Assembly (NCBI GenBank): GCA_020201035.1
Contig: JAIVHO010000031.1
Coordinates: 294,122-358,121 of the forward strand
Direction of reading: 5' to 3'
From: Bacteroidales bacterium
GTDB taxonomy: Bacteria > Bacteroidota > Bacteroidia > Bacteroidales > VadinHA17
Length of the DNA: 64,000 nt
This document shows positions 41,347-51,356 of this stretch, one piece after another (within the stretch, counting starts at the first letter, position 1; each line of letters begins with the position of its first letter). The notes beneath the pieces were generated by a model, which made no database searches, was not told the DNA's origin, and was given only the letters and a program-made list of their open reading frames with translations. Both the position numbers and the translations under genes were made by a program.

Positions 41347-42105
41347 ATGAAAAAAACAGTACTTATCACAGGCGCAACTTCCGGAATAGGTGAGAGCTGC
41401 GCAAGAAAATTTGCTGCCGGCGGCTTTAATCTAATTATTACAGGCCGCCGGAAAGAGCGACTTGAGACCCTGGCAGAAGAGCTTGGATCAGATTCGGGAG
41501 TTGACATACTCCCCCTGGTATTTGATGTGCGCAGCCTGAGCGAGGTTAAGTCATCACTCGAAAATATGCCCTCCGGCTGGGATAAGATTGATATACTGAT
41601 CAATAATGCCGGTCTGGCCGTGGGCCTCAGTCATCTTCAGGATGGAGATACTGAGGACTGGGAGAGAATGATAGACACCAATATCAAGGGGCTTCTCTGG
41701 GTTACACGTACTGTATCTCCCGGTATGGCAGCACGCGGCTCAGGTCATATAATAAATGTAGCCTCCATTGCAGGAAAGGAGATATATGAATACGGTAATG
41801 TCTACTGTGCCACCAAGCATGCAGTGGATGCCCTCTCCAGATCAATGCGCATTGACCTGCTGAAGACCGGTGTCAAGGTTACCAATGTAGCGCCCGGACT
41901 GGTTGATACAGAGTTCTCCCTGGTTCGTTTCAAGGGGGACAGTAAGAAAGCCGATATCCCCTACAAGGGTCTGGATCCTCTCACCGGGGATGATGTTGCC
42001 GATGTAATATACTTCTGCGCCACTACACCCGCCCATGTCAACATAAACGATATAGTGGTAATGCCTGCTGCCCAGGGTAGTGCAAATCATTATCACCGAA
42101 TTTAA
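41347..42105 (+). CDS. SDR family NAD(P)-dependent oxidoreductase (YdfG-like)
   Basis: TGATSGIGES, NNAG and YCATKHA (YxxxK). Confidence 0.88.
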   Translation: MKKTVLITGATSGIGESCARKFAAGGFNLIITGRRKERLETLAEELGSDSGVDILPLVFDVRSLSEVKSSLENMPSGWDKIDILINNAGLAVGLSHLQDGDTEDWERMIDTNIKGLLWVTRTVSPGMAARGSGHIINVASIAGKEIYEYGNVYCATKHAVDALSRSMRIDLLKTGVKVTNVAPGLVDTEFSLVRFKGDSKKADIPYKGLDPLTGDDVADVIYFCATTPAHVNINDIVVMPAAQGSANHYHRI

Positions 42106-42124
42106 TCATTTATACAACCTGCTT

Positions 42125-43210
42125 ATGTACAGCTATAACTACCTCTTTGACCTTACCCGGAAAATCTTTTCCGGCATGGGCTGCAGCGATGAACACAGCA
42201 CAACCATTGCTGAAATACTGCTGAAAGCAGAAATCCGTAATATCTCATCACACGGAATGTTGAGAATATCTGATTATTTCCAGTTGTGGAAAGAGGGAAG
42301 GATCAGCGCCACCCCTGATATCAGGGTAGTTCATGAGAGCCTCAGCACCGCGGTGGTGGATGGCGACAAGGCATTTGGTATGATCCCGGCAAAGTTTTCC
42401 ATGGAGCTGGCAATAGATAAGGCCAGACATGCAGGAACAGGTTGGGTGGCCACAAGAAACTCCAACCACTTCGGTATTGCCGGCTACTACGCCATGATGG
42501 CCCTTGAACATGATATGATTGGAATATGTGTTACAAATGCCAATCCAACCGTTGCCCCCACCTTCTCGGTAGAGAAGATGCTTGGCACTAATCCTGTTGC
42601 CATGGCGGTTCCCGCACTTAATCAGCCCCCTTTTGTTGCTGACTTTGCAACCACTCCTATCCCAAGGGGGAAGGTAGCCATAGCCGAGAAGAAAGGAGAG
42701 CAGCTTGCAACCGGACTGATTCAGGACAGTGAAGGAGTTACCACAACAGATCCATCGGCACTGAGAAGGGGAGGAGCCATACTGCCACTGGGAAGCGATT
42801 ATATTCACGGAAGCCACAAGGGTTACTGCATGGGCTCTATCGTTGATATACTTTCAGGAGTGGTAAGCGGGGCCAACTTCGGACCATTTGTGCCGCCGGG
42901 AGTGGCATACCTTCCAAGAAAGGACCGGGAGACCGGACTGGGAACAGGTCATTTTTTCGGAGCAATGAAAATTGACGCCTTTATGCCTGCAGAGGAATTC
43001 AGGGCCAGGATGGACGAATGGATAGTATCACTCCGGGCTGCAAAACCTGCCGCCGGCCATGAGAAGGTTCTTATTCCGGGGGACCCCGAGAGAGAGTGGG
43101 AAGAGAAGATTATGAAGGAGGGCATTAATGTTGTGCCCAAAGTAATTGAAGATATGAAGCTGGTGACAACTGAACTGGGAATTGAATTCAATCCCGGTGC
43201 TGATATGTAA
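42125..43210 (+). CDS. Ldh_2 family (malate/L-lactate/ureidoglycolate-type) dehydrogenase
   Basis: SHGMLRISDY, NSNHFGIAGYY and GSHKGYCMG motifs. ATG at 42125 is preferred over the longest ORF. Confidence 0.82.
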   Translation: MYSYNYLFDLTRKIFSGMGCSDEHSTTIAEILLKAEIRNISSHGMLRISDYFQLWKEGRISATPDIRVVHESLSTAVVDGDKAFGMIPAKFSMELAIDKARHAGTGWVATRNSNHFGIAGYYAMMALEHDMIGICVTNANPTVAPTFSVEKMLGTNPVAMAVPALNQPPFVADFATTPIPRGKVAIAEKKGEQLATGLIQDSEGVTTTDPSALRRGGAILPLGSDYIHGSHKGYCMGSIVDILSGVVSGANFGPFVPPGVAYLPRKDRETGLGTGHFFGAMKIDAFMPAEEFRARMDEWIVSLRAAKPAAGHEKVLIPGDPEREWEEKIMKEGINVVPKVIEDMKLVTTELGIEFNPGADM

Positions 43211-43257
43211 CCCGGGCCGGTTAACTTTGTAAAAAATTTATAAAACAAATTATTATT

Positions 43258-44001
43258 ATGACAGAACTGCTGCAACAACGGCGGACGATACGCAAATACA
43301 GTGACCAGGATATAAGCAACGTACTTCTTGATGAGATACTCCAGTGCGGAACAAGGGCGAGCACCACGGGCAATATGCAGCTTTACAGCATCATTGTAAC
43401 AAGGGACAAGGATATGAAAGAGAAGATGGCTCCGCTCCATTTCAACCAGCCAATGGTCAGGAGTGCTCCCGTCACACTCACCTTCTGTGCCGATTTCAAC
43501 AGGTTCAACATGTGGTGCAGGCAGCGTAATGCTGAACCCGGTTATGACAACTTCCTGTCCTTTATGACAGCAGCAATTGATGCTCTTCTGGTGGCACAAA
43601 CCGTATGCGTGGCTGCAGAATCAAAAGGGCTGGGTATCTGTTACCTGGGAACGGTAATATATACTGCCGACAGGATTATTGAACTGCTTGATCTTCCTGC
43701 CGGTGTGGTACCCGTTGCCACCGTAACCCTCGGGTGGCCGGCAGAGGAGCCTGAACAGGTTGACCGTCTGTCACTCAAGGCAGTGGTACACGATGAGAGA
43801 TATCACAACTACAGTGAGAATGATATTGACACTTTTTATGCAGAAAAGGAGGCCCGCGCTGATTCGGCACAGTTCATTAAAGAGAACAATAAGGAAACCC
43901 TGGCGCAGGTCTTTACCGATGTAAGGTATAAAAAGGGTGACAACGAGACTTTCTCGGCTATCCTGCTTGAGGTACTGCGTAAACAGGGATTCCTGAAATA
44001 G
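43258..44001 (+). CDS. nitroreductase family protein (NfsA-like)
   Basis: RRTIRKYSDQDIS and a length of about 247 aa. This is a recall-level call. Confidence 0.8.
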   Translation: MTELLQQRRTIRKYSDQDISNVLLDEILQCGTRASTTGNMQLYSIIVTRDKDMKEKMAPLHFNQPMVRSAPVTLTFCADFNRFNMWCRQRNAEPGYDNFLSFMTAAIDALLVAQTVCVAAESKGLGICYLGTVIYTADRIIELLDLPAGVVPVATVTLGWPAEEPEQVDRLSLKAVVHDERYHNYSENDIDTFYAEKEARADSAQFIKENNKETLAQVFTDVRYKKGDNETFSAILLEVLRKQGFLK

Positions 44002-44120
44002 ATTGTTTACCTGAAAAGGAGACCCCCGGATCAACACCTGAAGAAGAGGCCTACATGCCTATGGAGCAGAATCCCGGAAAAGATTCCCCGGGATTAGAGC
44101 AACTACAGACAGGGGTGATC

Positions 44121-45086
44121 TCAGAACCGGCTGGTATAGGCGTGGCAATATGGCATTTTGCCGTTGTTGAAGTAGTAGTCCTGGTGGTAATCCTCAGCCT
44201 CATAAAATTCTGTAGCCTTTGTAACCTTTGTCGCAACCTTGTAGCCCTTTTCTTTCAGCTGACCCAGCAGATCCCCTGCCACCTCCTTTTGTTTCTCAGA
44301 AAGGTAGAATATCTCTGATCTGTACTGATTGCCGATGTCGGGCCCCTGCCTGTCCACCTCGGTAGGATCATGTATCTCAAGAAACATTTTCACAACCTCT
44401 TCATAACTTACCTTTTCAGGATCAAAGACAACCTTTACTGTTTCAGCATGACCGGTTCTGCCGGTTGTCACCTCCCTGTATGAGGGATTTTTCACCTTGC
44501 CTCCTGTAAACCCGGATACAACCGATTCTACGCCGTCCATCTTCTGCAGGTAATACTCAACTCCCCAGAAGCATCCTCCTGCCAGCAAGGCGGTCTCATA
44601 TCTCCCTCTCTCCAGCTCTGCTTCAGCAAAATCGAGTGACACAGAATTTACACAATGCCTGATGTTTTTGGAAGTAAAACCCTCCCCTTCAAAGACATGT
44701 CCAAGGTGTCCGCCACAATTGGAGCAGACTATCTCGGTACGCATACCGTCAGCATCGGGAATCCTTTTTACTGCTCCCGGCAGAGCATCATCAAAGCTCG
44801 GCCATCCGCAATTGCTGTCAAACTTATCACCGGACCGGTAGAGTGCTTCACCACACTGCTTGCACAGGTATGTTCCGTTCCCTTTGTGATCGGTAAATTT
44901 ACCTGTCCATGCTCTTTCAGTCCCCTTATTGAGGATAACCCCGCTCTCCTCAACGGTAAGTATTCTGTAGAGGCCGCTGTTCTGGCCATTTATGCTGCCT
45001 GTCATAATAATTATATTAAGTATTAATAGATATATTTTTGCCCGTTTCATTCGCTTAAATTTTAATTTTTCCCGTTTCATCATCAA
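44121..45086 (-). CDS. msrAB: secreted bifunctional methionine sulfoxide reductase MsrB-MsrA
   Basis: MsrB part: CKQCGEAL...CGWPSF...CSNCGGHLGHVF...RHCVNS. MsrA part: GGCFWGVE...GHAETV. An N-terminal signal peptide is present; the start may be 45050. Confidence 0.9.
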   Translation of the reverse strand: MMMKREKLKFKRMKRAKIYLLILNIIIMTGSINGQNSGLYRILTVEESGVILNKGTERAWTGKFTDHKGNGTYLCKQCGEALYRSGDKFDSNCGWPSFDDALPGAVKRIPDADGMRTEIVCSNCGGHLGHVFEGEGFTSKNIRHCVNSVSLDFAEAELERGRYETALLAGGCFWGVEYYLQKMDGVESVVSGFTGGKVKNPSYREVTTGRTGHAETVKVVFDPEKVSYEEVVKMFLEIHDPTEVDRQGPDIGNQYRSEIFYLSEKQKEVAGDLLGQLKEKGYKVATKVTKATEFYEAEDYHQDYYFNNGKMPYCHAYTSRF

Positions 45087-45310
45087 TCATTATATCATCA
45101 CTCAGTGTAATATAATAGTACATCATATATATTGTACATCTTCACCAGTTTTTATATGTAACAAACCGCCATGCTCTCCTGTTCAAAAACGCTCTGATAT
45201 TTTTATTTATCCCCCGCCTGTTTTTTAACAACCTCTGTTGCTAACAGAGATTAATGAGAATGTTGTAGTTTTACGGTATAGTGAAAAATTAATTCAAACC
45301 GATAAAAATC

Positions 45311-48300
45311 ATGAAAAAGAGTTACAAACTTACAGTAGTGCTGCTTCTGTTGATTGCCATCATGGCAGGTTCAACAATAACGGCATCTGCACAACGGCGC
45401 AGAAGCGGCTCAGACCAGGAGACGGAGAAATACTCCCCTGAAAGCTCAATGTTCAGCGCACTGAAATTCAGGCTTCTGGGACCGGCATCCTACTCCGGCC
45501 GCATAGCTGATTTTGCCGTCAATCCTGATAACCCGTCTGAATATTATGTTGGCGTGGCTGCGGGCGGACTCTGGAAAACAGAAAACAAGGGAACCACCTT
45601 TGATCCCATTTTTGACAGCCAGCCGGTATTCTCCATTGGAGCCCTTGCAATTGATCACCATAACCCGAATGTTCTCTGGGTTGGAACAGGTGAAAACAAT
45701 ACACAGCGCAACCTGGCTTACGGAGATGGTGTGTATAAAACCACTGACGGAGGCCGCACATTTAAGAATATGGGACTGAAGAAATCGGAACATATTGGCA
45801 AAATCATGATTGATCCGCGCAACAGCAATGTAGTATATGTTGCAGCACAGGGTCCTGCCTGGGGCCCGGGCGGTGACCGCGGTCTTTATAAAACCACCGA
45901 TGGCGGAGTTACCTGGGACCAGATACTTTATATAGGTGAATATACCGGTATAACAGATATGGAAATTGATCCCGGAAATCCGGATATTATCTATGCTGCA
46001 GCCCACCAGAGAGAGAGAAGAGTCTATTCAAAGATTAACGGCGGACCGGAATCTGCACTCTATAAATCAGAGGATGCAGGAAAGAGCTGGAAAAAGCTGA
46101 CCACCGGTTTTCCGGGAGGAGATGTGGGAAGAATAGGTATAGCGCTTTCACCGGCCAATCCTGATATTGTCTATGCCATTGTGGAGCTTCCTGAAGGAAA
46201 AGGAGGATTCTACCGTTCGTTAAACCTTGGTGAGAGCTGGTCACGAATGAGCGATATGGTAGCCGGAAGTCCACAGTATTACAATGAGATCTATGCTGAT
46301 CCTGTTGATCCCGACAGGGTGATATCCATGGATGTACGCAATATGGTTACCGATGACGGAGGAGCTACCTGGAGAGTCCTTGGTGAAAAAAACAAACATG
46401 TTGACAACCATGCGCTATGGATTGATCCTGATAATACCAACTACTATCTTATGGGTTGTGACGGAGGTATCTACGAAAGCTGGGACCGCGGTGCCAACTG
46501 GGTCTTCAAGAGCAACTTCCCTGTAACCCAGTATTACCATGTAAGGGTAGACAATGATCTGCCGTTCTATAATGTATACGGTGGCACACAGGACAACGGA
46601 TCATGGTTTGGTCCGTCACGGACACTCAGAAGAAATCTGGTAAATGCCGACTGGACCTACACTATTGGCGGCGACGGATACCTTTCCATCCCGGATCCTG
46701 ATGTTCCTGATATTCACTATGCCGAGTCGCAGTACTGCGGATTACGCCGCTATGACAGAAGAACCGGCAACTCCGTATCTATCAAGCCCCAGCCCGTTGA
46801 AGATGAAATTTACAGGTTTAACTGGAACACCCCCTATTTTATCTCCCCTCACAACAGTAAAACGCTTTATGTAGCTGCCAACAAGGTTTTGAAGAGTACT
46901 GACCGGGGCGACTCATGGACCGAGATAAGTCCTGATCTCACAAGACAGATAAGCATGGATGCACTACCTATGATGGGTAAGATATGGCCACCTGAGGCAG
47001 TAGCCAAAAACCTCTCCACATCACCCTTCGGTAATATCTTTGCGCTTGCGGAATCACCACTCAGCCAGGGAATGATCTATGCCGGAACCGATGACGGACT
47101 GATATGGATAACAGAGGATGACGGGGGCAACTGGACAAAATACAGCAGCTTCCCCGGAGTACCTGATATGACCTTTGTAAATTATGTTCTCCCTTCAATG
47201 CATGATAAGGGTACTGTATATGCCTGTTTTGACGGTCGTAAAAACAGCAGCGACTTTACTCCCTACCTTATAGCAAGCAGCGATAATGGAAAAACGTGGA
47301 GATCAATTGCCTCCAACCTGCCTGAAGGAACTGTATATGCGATCCAGGAAGATCATCTGAATCCGGATATCCTCTTTATTGGTACGGAGTGGGGAGTATG
47401 GGTTACCCTGAACGGTGGTGAGAAATGGACTCAGCTGAAGAATGGTCTCCCAACCATCCAGGTAAAAGACCTGACAATCCAGAGAAGAGAGAATGACCTT
47501 GTTGTTGCAACATTCGGAAGGGGATTCTATGTACTCGAGGACTACTCCTACCTGAGGCAGCTCAGCAATGAAACAGAAGCCTCTCCAGCCACTATATTTG
47601 ATATAAAGGACGGTCTTCTCTACTACCCGGCTACCAATCAGAACTATCAGGGAGAGGTGCACTTCAGTGTTCCAAACCCCACTCCGGCAGTAACGATAAG
47701 ATACTGGGTAAAGGATGGCTACACAACACTATTGCAGAAGAGGCAGCAGGCACAGAAAGAGGCTGAAAAGGCAGGAAGGGAGATCGATTTCCCCACCAGG
47801 GAGGAACTGATCGCTGAAGCAGAAGAGGAGAGCGCTCTTCTATTGTTTACATTAAGTGATGAGGGAGGCAATATTATGCGTAAAATTGAAACTCCTCTTC
47901 GCAGGGGAGTAGGAAGCATATCGTGGGACATGAGCTATCTTGACAGGCGGGGACCGGCAGTACCGCCCGGTATCTATTCAGTTAAGATGGAGAAATATGT
48001 AAACGGTAAGTTTGAGACACTGGCAGAGAATAAGGAGTTCAGGGTCAACACCCTTAACAACAATGCTCTGGGCACACCAGACTACAGGGCAAAGTTCGAA
48101 TTTATGAAGAAAGCCATTGACCTTAGTGAGGTGATCTCTGAAACAGCCAGATATGCATCTGATCTGAAACAAAAAATCGGAACCATCAAGAGTGATCTTA
48201 TGGCAACCCCGGCAGTGACTCATGAACTGCTCCTTATGGCAAAGGAGACAGAAAAATCTATTGATGAGTTTATCGCGGTGGTAAGTGGCATAAGAAGCTC

Positions 48301-48547
48301 TGCAAGAGTGGATGCTGAAGTTCCAACCATAGCATCAAGAGCACGATTTGCCGTCTCTGCCGTTTCATCCGCTGAAGATAATATAATGGGATCACAGATA
48401 GAGCAGTATGAAATTGCACGGGAAAAGTTCAGTGCAGAATATGATAAGCTTAAGGAGATAGTGGAAAATGACTTCCCTGGCCTGAAGCAGGAACTGCGCA
48501 ATGTGGGAATTTTGTGGACCCCGGGGGAATTTCCTGAATTCAGGTAA
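45311..48547 (+). CDS. large secreted BNR/Asp-box (sortilin-VPS10-like) beta-propeller protein
   Basis: A signal peptide and repeated S/TxDxGxTW Asp-boxes (TDGGRTF, TDGGVTW, SEDAGKSW, DDGGATW, WDRGANW, TDRGDSW, DDGGNWT, SDNGKTW, NGGEKWT). Confidence 0.8.
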   Translation: MKKSYKLTVVLLLLIAIMAGSTITASAQRRRSGSDQETEKYSPESSMFSALKFRLLGPASYSGRIADFAVNPDNPSEYYVGVAAGGLWKTENKGTTFDPIFDSQPVFSIGALAIDHHNPNVLWVGTGENNTQRNLAYGDGVYKTTDGGRTFKNMGLKKSEHIGKIMIDPRNSNVVYVAAQGPAWGPGGDRGLYKTTDGGVTWDQILYIGEYTGITDMEIDPGNPDIIYAAAHQRERRVYSKINGGPESALYKSEDAGKSWKKLTTGFPGGDVGRIGIALSPANPDIVYAIVELPEGKGGFYRSLNLGESWSRMSDMVAGSPQYYNEIYADPVDPDRVISMDVRNMVTDDGGATWRVLGEKNKHVDNHALWIDPDNTNYYLMGCDGGIYESWDRGANWVFKSNFPVTQYYHVRVDNDLPFYNVYGGTQDNGSWFGPSRTLRRNLVNADWTYTIGGDGYLSIPDPDVPDIHYAESQYCGLRRYDRRTGNSVSIKPQPVEDEIYRFNWNTPYFISPHNSKTLYVAANKVLKSTDRGDSWTEISPDLTRQISMDALPMMGKIWPPEAVAKNLSTSPFGNIFALAESPLSQGMIYAGTDDGLIWITEDDGGNWTKYSSFPGVPDMTFVNYVLPSMHDKGTVYACFDGRKNSSDFTPYLIASSDNGKTWRSIASNLPEGTVYAIQEDHLNPDILFIGTEWGVWVTLNGGEKWTQLKNGLPTIQVKDLTIQRRENDLVVATFGRGFYVLEDYSYLRQLSNETEASPATIFDIKDGLLYYPATNQNYQGEVHFSVPNPTPAVTIRYWVKDGYTTLLQKRQQAQKEAEKAGREIDFPTREELIAEAEEESALLLFTLSDEGGNIMRKIETPLRRGVGSISWDMSYLDRRGPAVPPGIYSVKMEKYVNGKFETLAENKEFRVNTLNNNALGTPDYRAKFEFMKKAIDLSEVISETARYASDLKQKIGTIKSDLMATPAVTHELLLMAKETEKSIDEFIAVVSGIRSSARVDAEVPTIASRARFAVSAVSSAEDNIMGSQIEQYEIAREKFSAEYDKLKEIVENDFPGLKQELRNVGILWTPGEFPEFR

Positions 48548-48600
48548 CCCCCCGAACAAAGTAATCAGTCACCCTGTTTTAAAGGGGCGACCAGGTGCCA

Positions 48601-48640
48601 GCGGCCCGGTTAAAGATGGTTTTCCGGGCCGCTCTTATTT
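48601..48640 (+). terminator. intrinsic terminator after the BNR gene
   Basis: GCGGCCCGG (48601-48609) pairs with CCGGGCCGC (48624-48632), followed by TCTTATTT. Confidence 0.65.
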
Positions 48641-48832
48641 GTAAACAGTTTTAATAAATGATATTTTCGGCATAAAAGTTGTATTTTTACAGAAAAGATT
48701 ATTTTTGTGAAGATTAAGATTCCTCCAAATTGATTGCTGAGGATCAGTTTTGTACCGGCCTGGGAACGGGAATAAATAATTATCCGCCGGGTAGCGAAAA
48801 TAGACATTAGGGAATCTGTTAAATTTTAAGAT

Positions 48833-48955
48833 ATGAAAAAGTTTGCGCTTCTGACAATTCTGGCCTTTGCTTTCGTCATGATAATGAGTGCCTGTAACAG
48901 GGAAGTCTGTCCGGCCTACACCATGGCAGACAGCGGCACAGAATTTGTGGGATAA
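48833..48955 (+). CDS. 40-aa putative lipoprotein (below the ORF-track length cut-off)
   Basis: ATG at 48833 gives MKKFALLTILAFAFVMIMSACNREVCPAYTMADSGTEFVG*. It has a signal peptide and lipobox (MSAC), sits 34 nt upstream of the next gene, and is on the same strand. Confidence 0.45.
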   Translation: MKKFALLTILAFAFVMIMSACNREVCPAYTMADSGTEFVG

Positions 48956-48989
48956 ATCCCGTGCATATACCAATAAAATTCAGCAGAAG

Positions 48990-49778
48990 ATGAATAAACT
49001 GCTGACAATTTCTCTATTACTGCTTATTTTACCTGCTTCTCTACTGGCTCAGGGAGAGATAGATGAGCAACAACGTATATTTTACCGTAATGAACGTACG
49101 GTAGGACTGTTGTTCAACAGCAACGGTTACGGCATAAGCTACCGTGAGGGGAAAAGACTCAACCTGCTGAACAAAAGGCTTATAGATATTGACCTCAACC
49201 TGATCAAGCATCCAAAGGAGATAAAACTGGTTAATCCCTATGTTATATCAGGAAGCTCGTTCGTTTACGGAAAGCTTAATCATACTGTAACTATAAGAGG
49301 TATGATAGGTCACCAGCAGGAACTGTTCAGAAAAATTGACCTTGGTGGAGTTGCAGTACGCTATTTCTATTCAGGCGGTCCCACGCTGGCAGTTACCAAG
49401 CCCATCTATTACAACATTCTCTACCCGGGTGCCGGCGGATCATGGGAGATAAGGGCAGAAAAATTTGTTGAGGGAACCCAGCCTACAGATATTTACAATA
49501 AGGCATCCTTTTTCAAGGGTTTCCGAGAACTGGGTTTTATCCCGGGCGTTGCAGCAAAAGGAGGATTCAATTTCGAATATAGTAAAGAGGATAAGGTGAT
49601 ACATACCGTTGAGATAGGAGTATCCCTTGAAGCATATTTAAAAAGACTGCCTGTAATGGCATCTGATGATAATCAGGCTCTCTTCCTCACACCCTTTATC
49701 AGTTACCGCCTGGGAGTGGTAATTGACCCCCTCCATCCTGAATCGGTAAAGATCCCCACTCTCTTTTTCAGAAAATAA
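48990..49778 (+). CDS. conserved hypothetical secreted / outer-membrane protein
   Basis: An internal start gives the signal peptide MNKLLTISLLLLILPASLLAQGE. The sequence is beta-strand rich. No family was recognised. Confidence 0.6.
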   Translation: MNKLLTISLLLLILPASLLAQGEIDEQQRIFYRNERTVGLLFNSNGYGISYREGKRLNLLNKRLIDIDLNLIKHPKEIKLVNPYVISGSSFVYGKLNHTVTIRGMIGHQQELFRKIDLGGVAVRYFYSGGPTLAVTKPIYYNILYPGAGGSWEIRAEKFVEGTQPTDIYNKASFFKGFRELGFIPGVAAKGGFNFEYSKEDKVIHTVEIGVSLEAYLKRLPVMASDDNQALFLTPFISYRLGVVIDPLHPESVKIPTLFFRK

Positions 49779-49790
49779 AGAGGCTCTTTT

Positions 49791-49821
49791 TTTGACCTCT
49801 CAGCCAAAATTACTATTTTTG
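49791..49821 (+). promoter_or_regulatory. Bacteroidota sigma-A promoter upstream of gap
   Basis: TTTG (49791-49794), a 19-nt spacer, then TATTTTTG (49814-49821). The -7 box ends 34 nt before the gap ATG. Confidence 0.65.
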
Positions 49822-49855
49822 CAAATCATAGTTTTCACTTAATAATTTTTATAAT

Positions 49856-50860
49856 ATGTCAAAAATTAAACTTGCTATTAATGGATTTGGCAGGATTGGC
49901 AGAAATGTCTTTAAGATCGCTATCGCCAGACCTGAATTTGAAATTGTTGGAATAAATGATCTTACCGACACTAAAACACTTGCACACCTTCTCAAATATG
50001 ACTCAACACAGGGTCAGTTTCCCGGTGTCTCCTTTGATGATGAAAATATAATAGTAAACGGAACAAAAATAAGGGTTTCCTCTGAGAGAAACCCGGCAAG
50101 CATTCCATGGTCAGCTGCCCCGGATGTGGTTGTTGAGTCAACAGGTGTTTTCAGGGCAAAGGAATCCTCCAAGGGAGGGTATGGTGACCACCTGAAAAAC
50201 GGAGCAAAGAAGGTTATACTTACTGTTCCTTCAAAGGACAAGATTGATGCCACAATTGTACTGGGAGTGAACGATGATGATCTCAAGCCAGAGCATGAAT
50301 GTGTATCCAACGCATCATGCACAACAAACTGCCTTGCTCCGGTTGCCAAGGTTCTGAATGACAGCTTTGGTATTGAGCAGGGTTTTATGACCACCATTCA
50401 CAGCTACACCAATGATCAGGTTATCCTTGATCTTCCCCATTCAGACCTCAGAAGGGCAAGATCAGCTGCCGTTTCACAGATACCCACAACCACAGGGGCA
50501 GCAAAGGCAGTTGGCCTTGTAATTCCGGAACTTACAGGCAAAATAGACGGAATGGCTATAAGGGTACCCACACCAACCGGATCACTGGTTGACCTGGTAT
50601 GCGTTCTTAAAAAGGAAGCAACCATTGAAGAGATTAATGCAGCAATGAAAAAAGCTGCGGAAGGCCCTATGAAAGGCATCCTGGAATATACCGAAGACCC
50701 AATAGTCTCAGTGGATGTAATTCATAATCCAAGCTCAGCCGTTTTTGATGCACTAAGCACAATGACCAATGGAAAGATGATAAAGGTACTGGCATGGTAT
50801 GATAATGAGTGGGGCTACTCAGAAAGGGTTGTGGACCTTGCAGAAAAACTGATGGTTTAA
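49856..50860 (+). CDS. gap: type I glyceraldehyde-3-phosphate dehydrogenase
   Basis: [11 protein letters not shown], the active site [12 protein letters not shown], and WYDNEWGYS. Confidence 0.98.
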   Translation: MSKIKLAINGFGRIGRNVFKIAIARPEFEIVGINDLTDTKTLAHLLKYDSTQGQFPGVSFDDENIIVNGTKIRVSSERNPASIPWSAAPDVVVESTGVFRAKESSKGGYGDHLKNGAKKVILTVPSKDKIDATIVLGVNDDDLKPEHECVSNASCTTNCLAPVAKVLNDSFGIEQGFMTTIHSYTNDQVILDLPHSDLRRARSAAVSQIPTTTGAAKAVGLVIPELTGKIDGMAIRVPTPTGSLVDLVCVLKKEATIEEINAAMKKAAEGPMKGILEYTEDPIVSVDVIHNPSSAVFDALSTMTNGKMIKVLAWYDNEWGYSERVVDLAEKLMV

Positions 50861-50930
50861 TTGCTGCTGAAGGCATAATGGCCTAAAACAGCCGGTATCA
50901 GTATTATCTGGTATCACGATTATATTTAGG

Positions 50931-50966
50931 GATGGAGAGACAGAATGATCTCTCCATCTTTTTTTT
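50931..50966 (+). terminator. strong intrinsic terminator after gap
   Basis: A 10-bp perfect stem, GATGGAGAGA-CAGAATGA-TCTCTCCATC, followed by T8. It abuts the 3' end of the convergent DUF1987 gene. Confidence 0.85.
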
Positions 50967-51351
50967 ATGGTATTATCATCTCAATATCTACGGGAATCCC
51001 TGATGCATCCCTGTAATACTCTCCCAGCTCAAGGATAGACTCATCATCCTCCTCATAAAACCAGGTAATGGATAGTTCACGCCCTTTCTCCCGGTACTCC
51101 TTTAACTGTCTCAGTACTTCAAGGAGGTGCTTTGAAGAACCGCTGTTAATATACTCAAGTATAATCTCCACCTTAAGGGCTCCGTCACCCTTAAAGTATT
51201 CATCTACCCAGTTATACAAGGGCATGTAAACCGATTCGGGATTTTCAGGAATAGACCTCCCTCCTATCCTCAGCAATGATTTCCCCGGATTAAATGATAT
51301 CCCCGGTGATCGCTTTGACTGTGCCTGAATAATTTCAACTTCCATAAGCAA
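50965..51351 (-). CDS. DUF1987 (SiaC-like) domain protein
   Basis: ISFNPGKSLLRIGGRSIPENPESVYMPLYNWVDEYF...LEYINSGSSKHLLEVL...ITWFYEEDDE is typical of DUF1987. Confidence 0.75.
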   Translation of the reverse strand: MLMEVEIIQAQSKRSPGISFNPGKSLLRIGGRSIPENPESVYMPLYNWVDEYFKGDGALKVEIILEYINSGSSKHLLEVLRQLKEYREKGRELSITWFYEEDDESILELGEYYRDASGIPVDIEMIIP

Positions 51352-51356
51352 AAATA

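Noticed and set aside
40681-43599. Long antisense ORFs 40681-41217(+), 42248-42817(-) and 42949-43599(-).
   Set aside because: They lie opposite the well-supported ubiE, Ldh_2 and nitroreductase genes and have no motifs.
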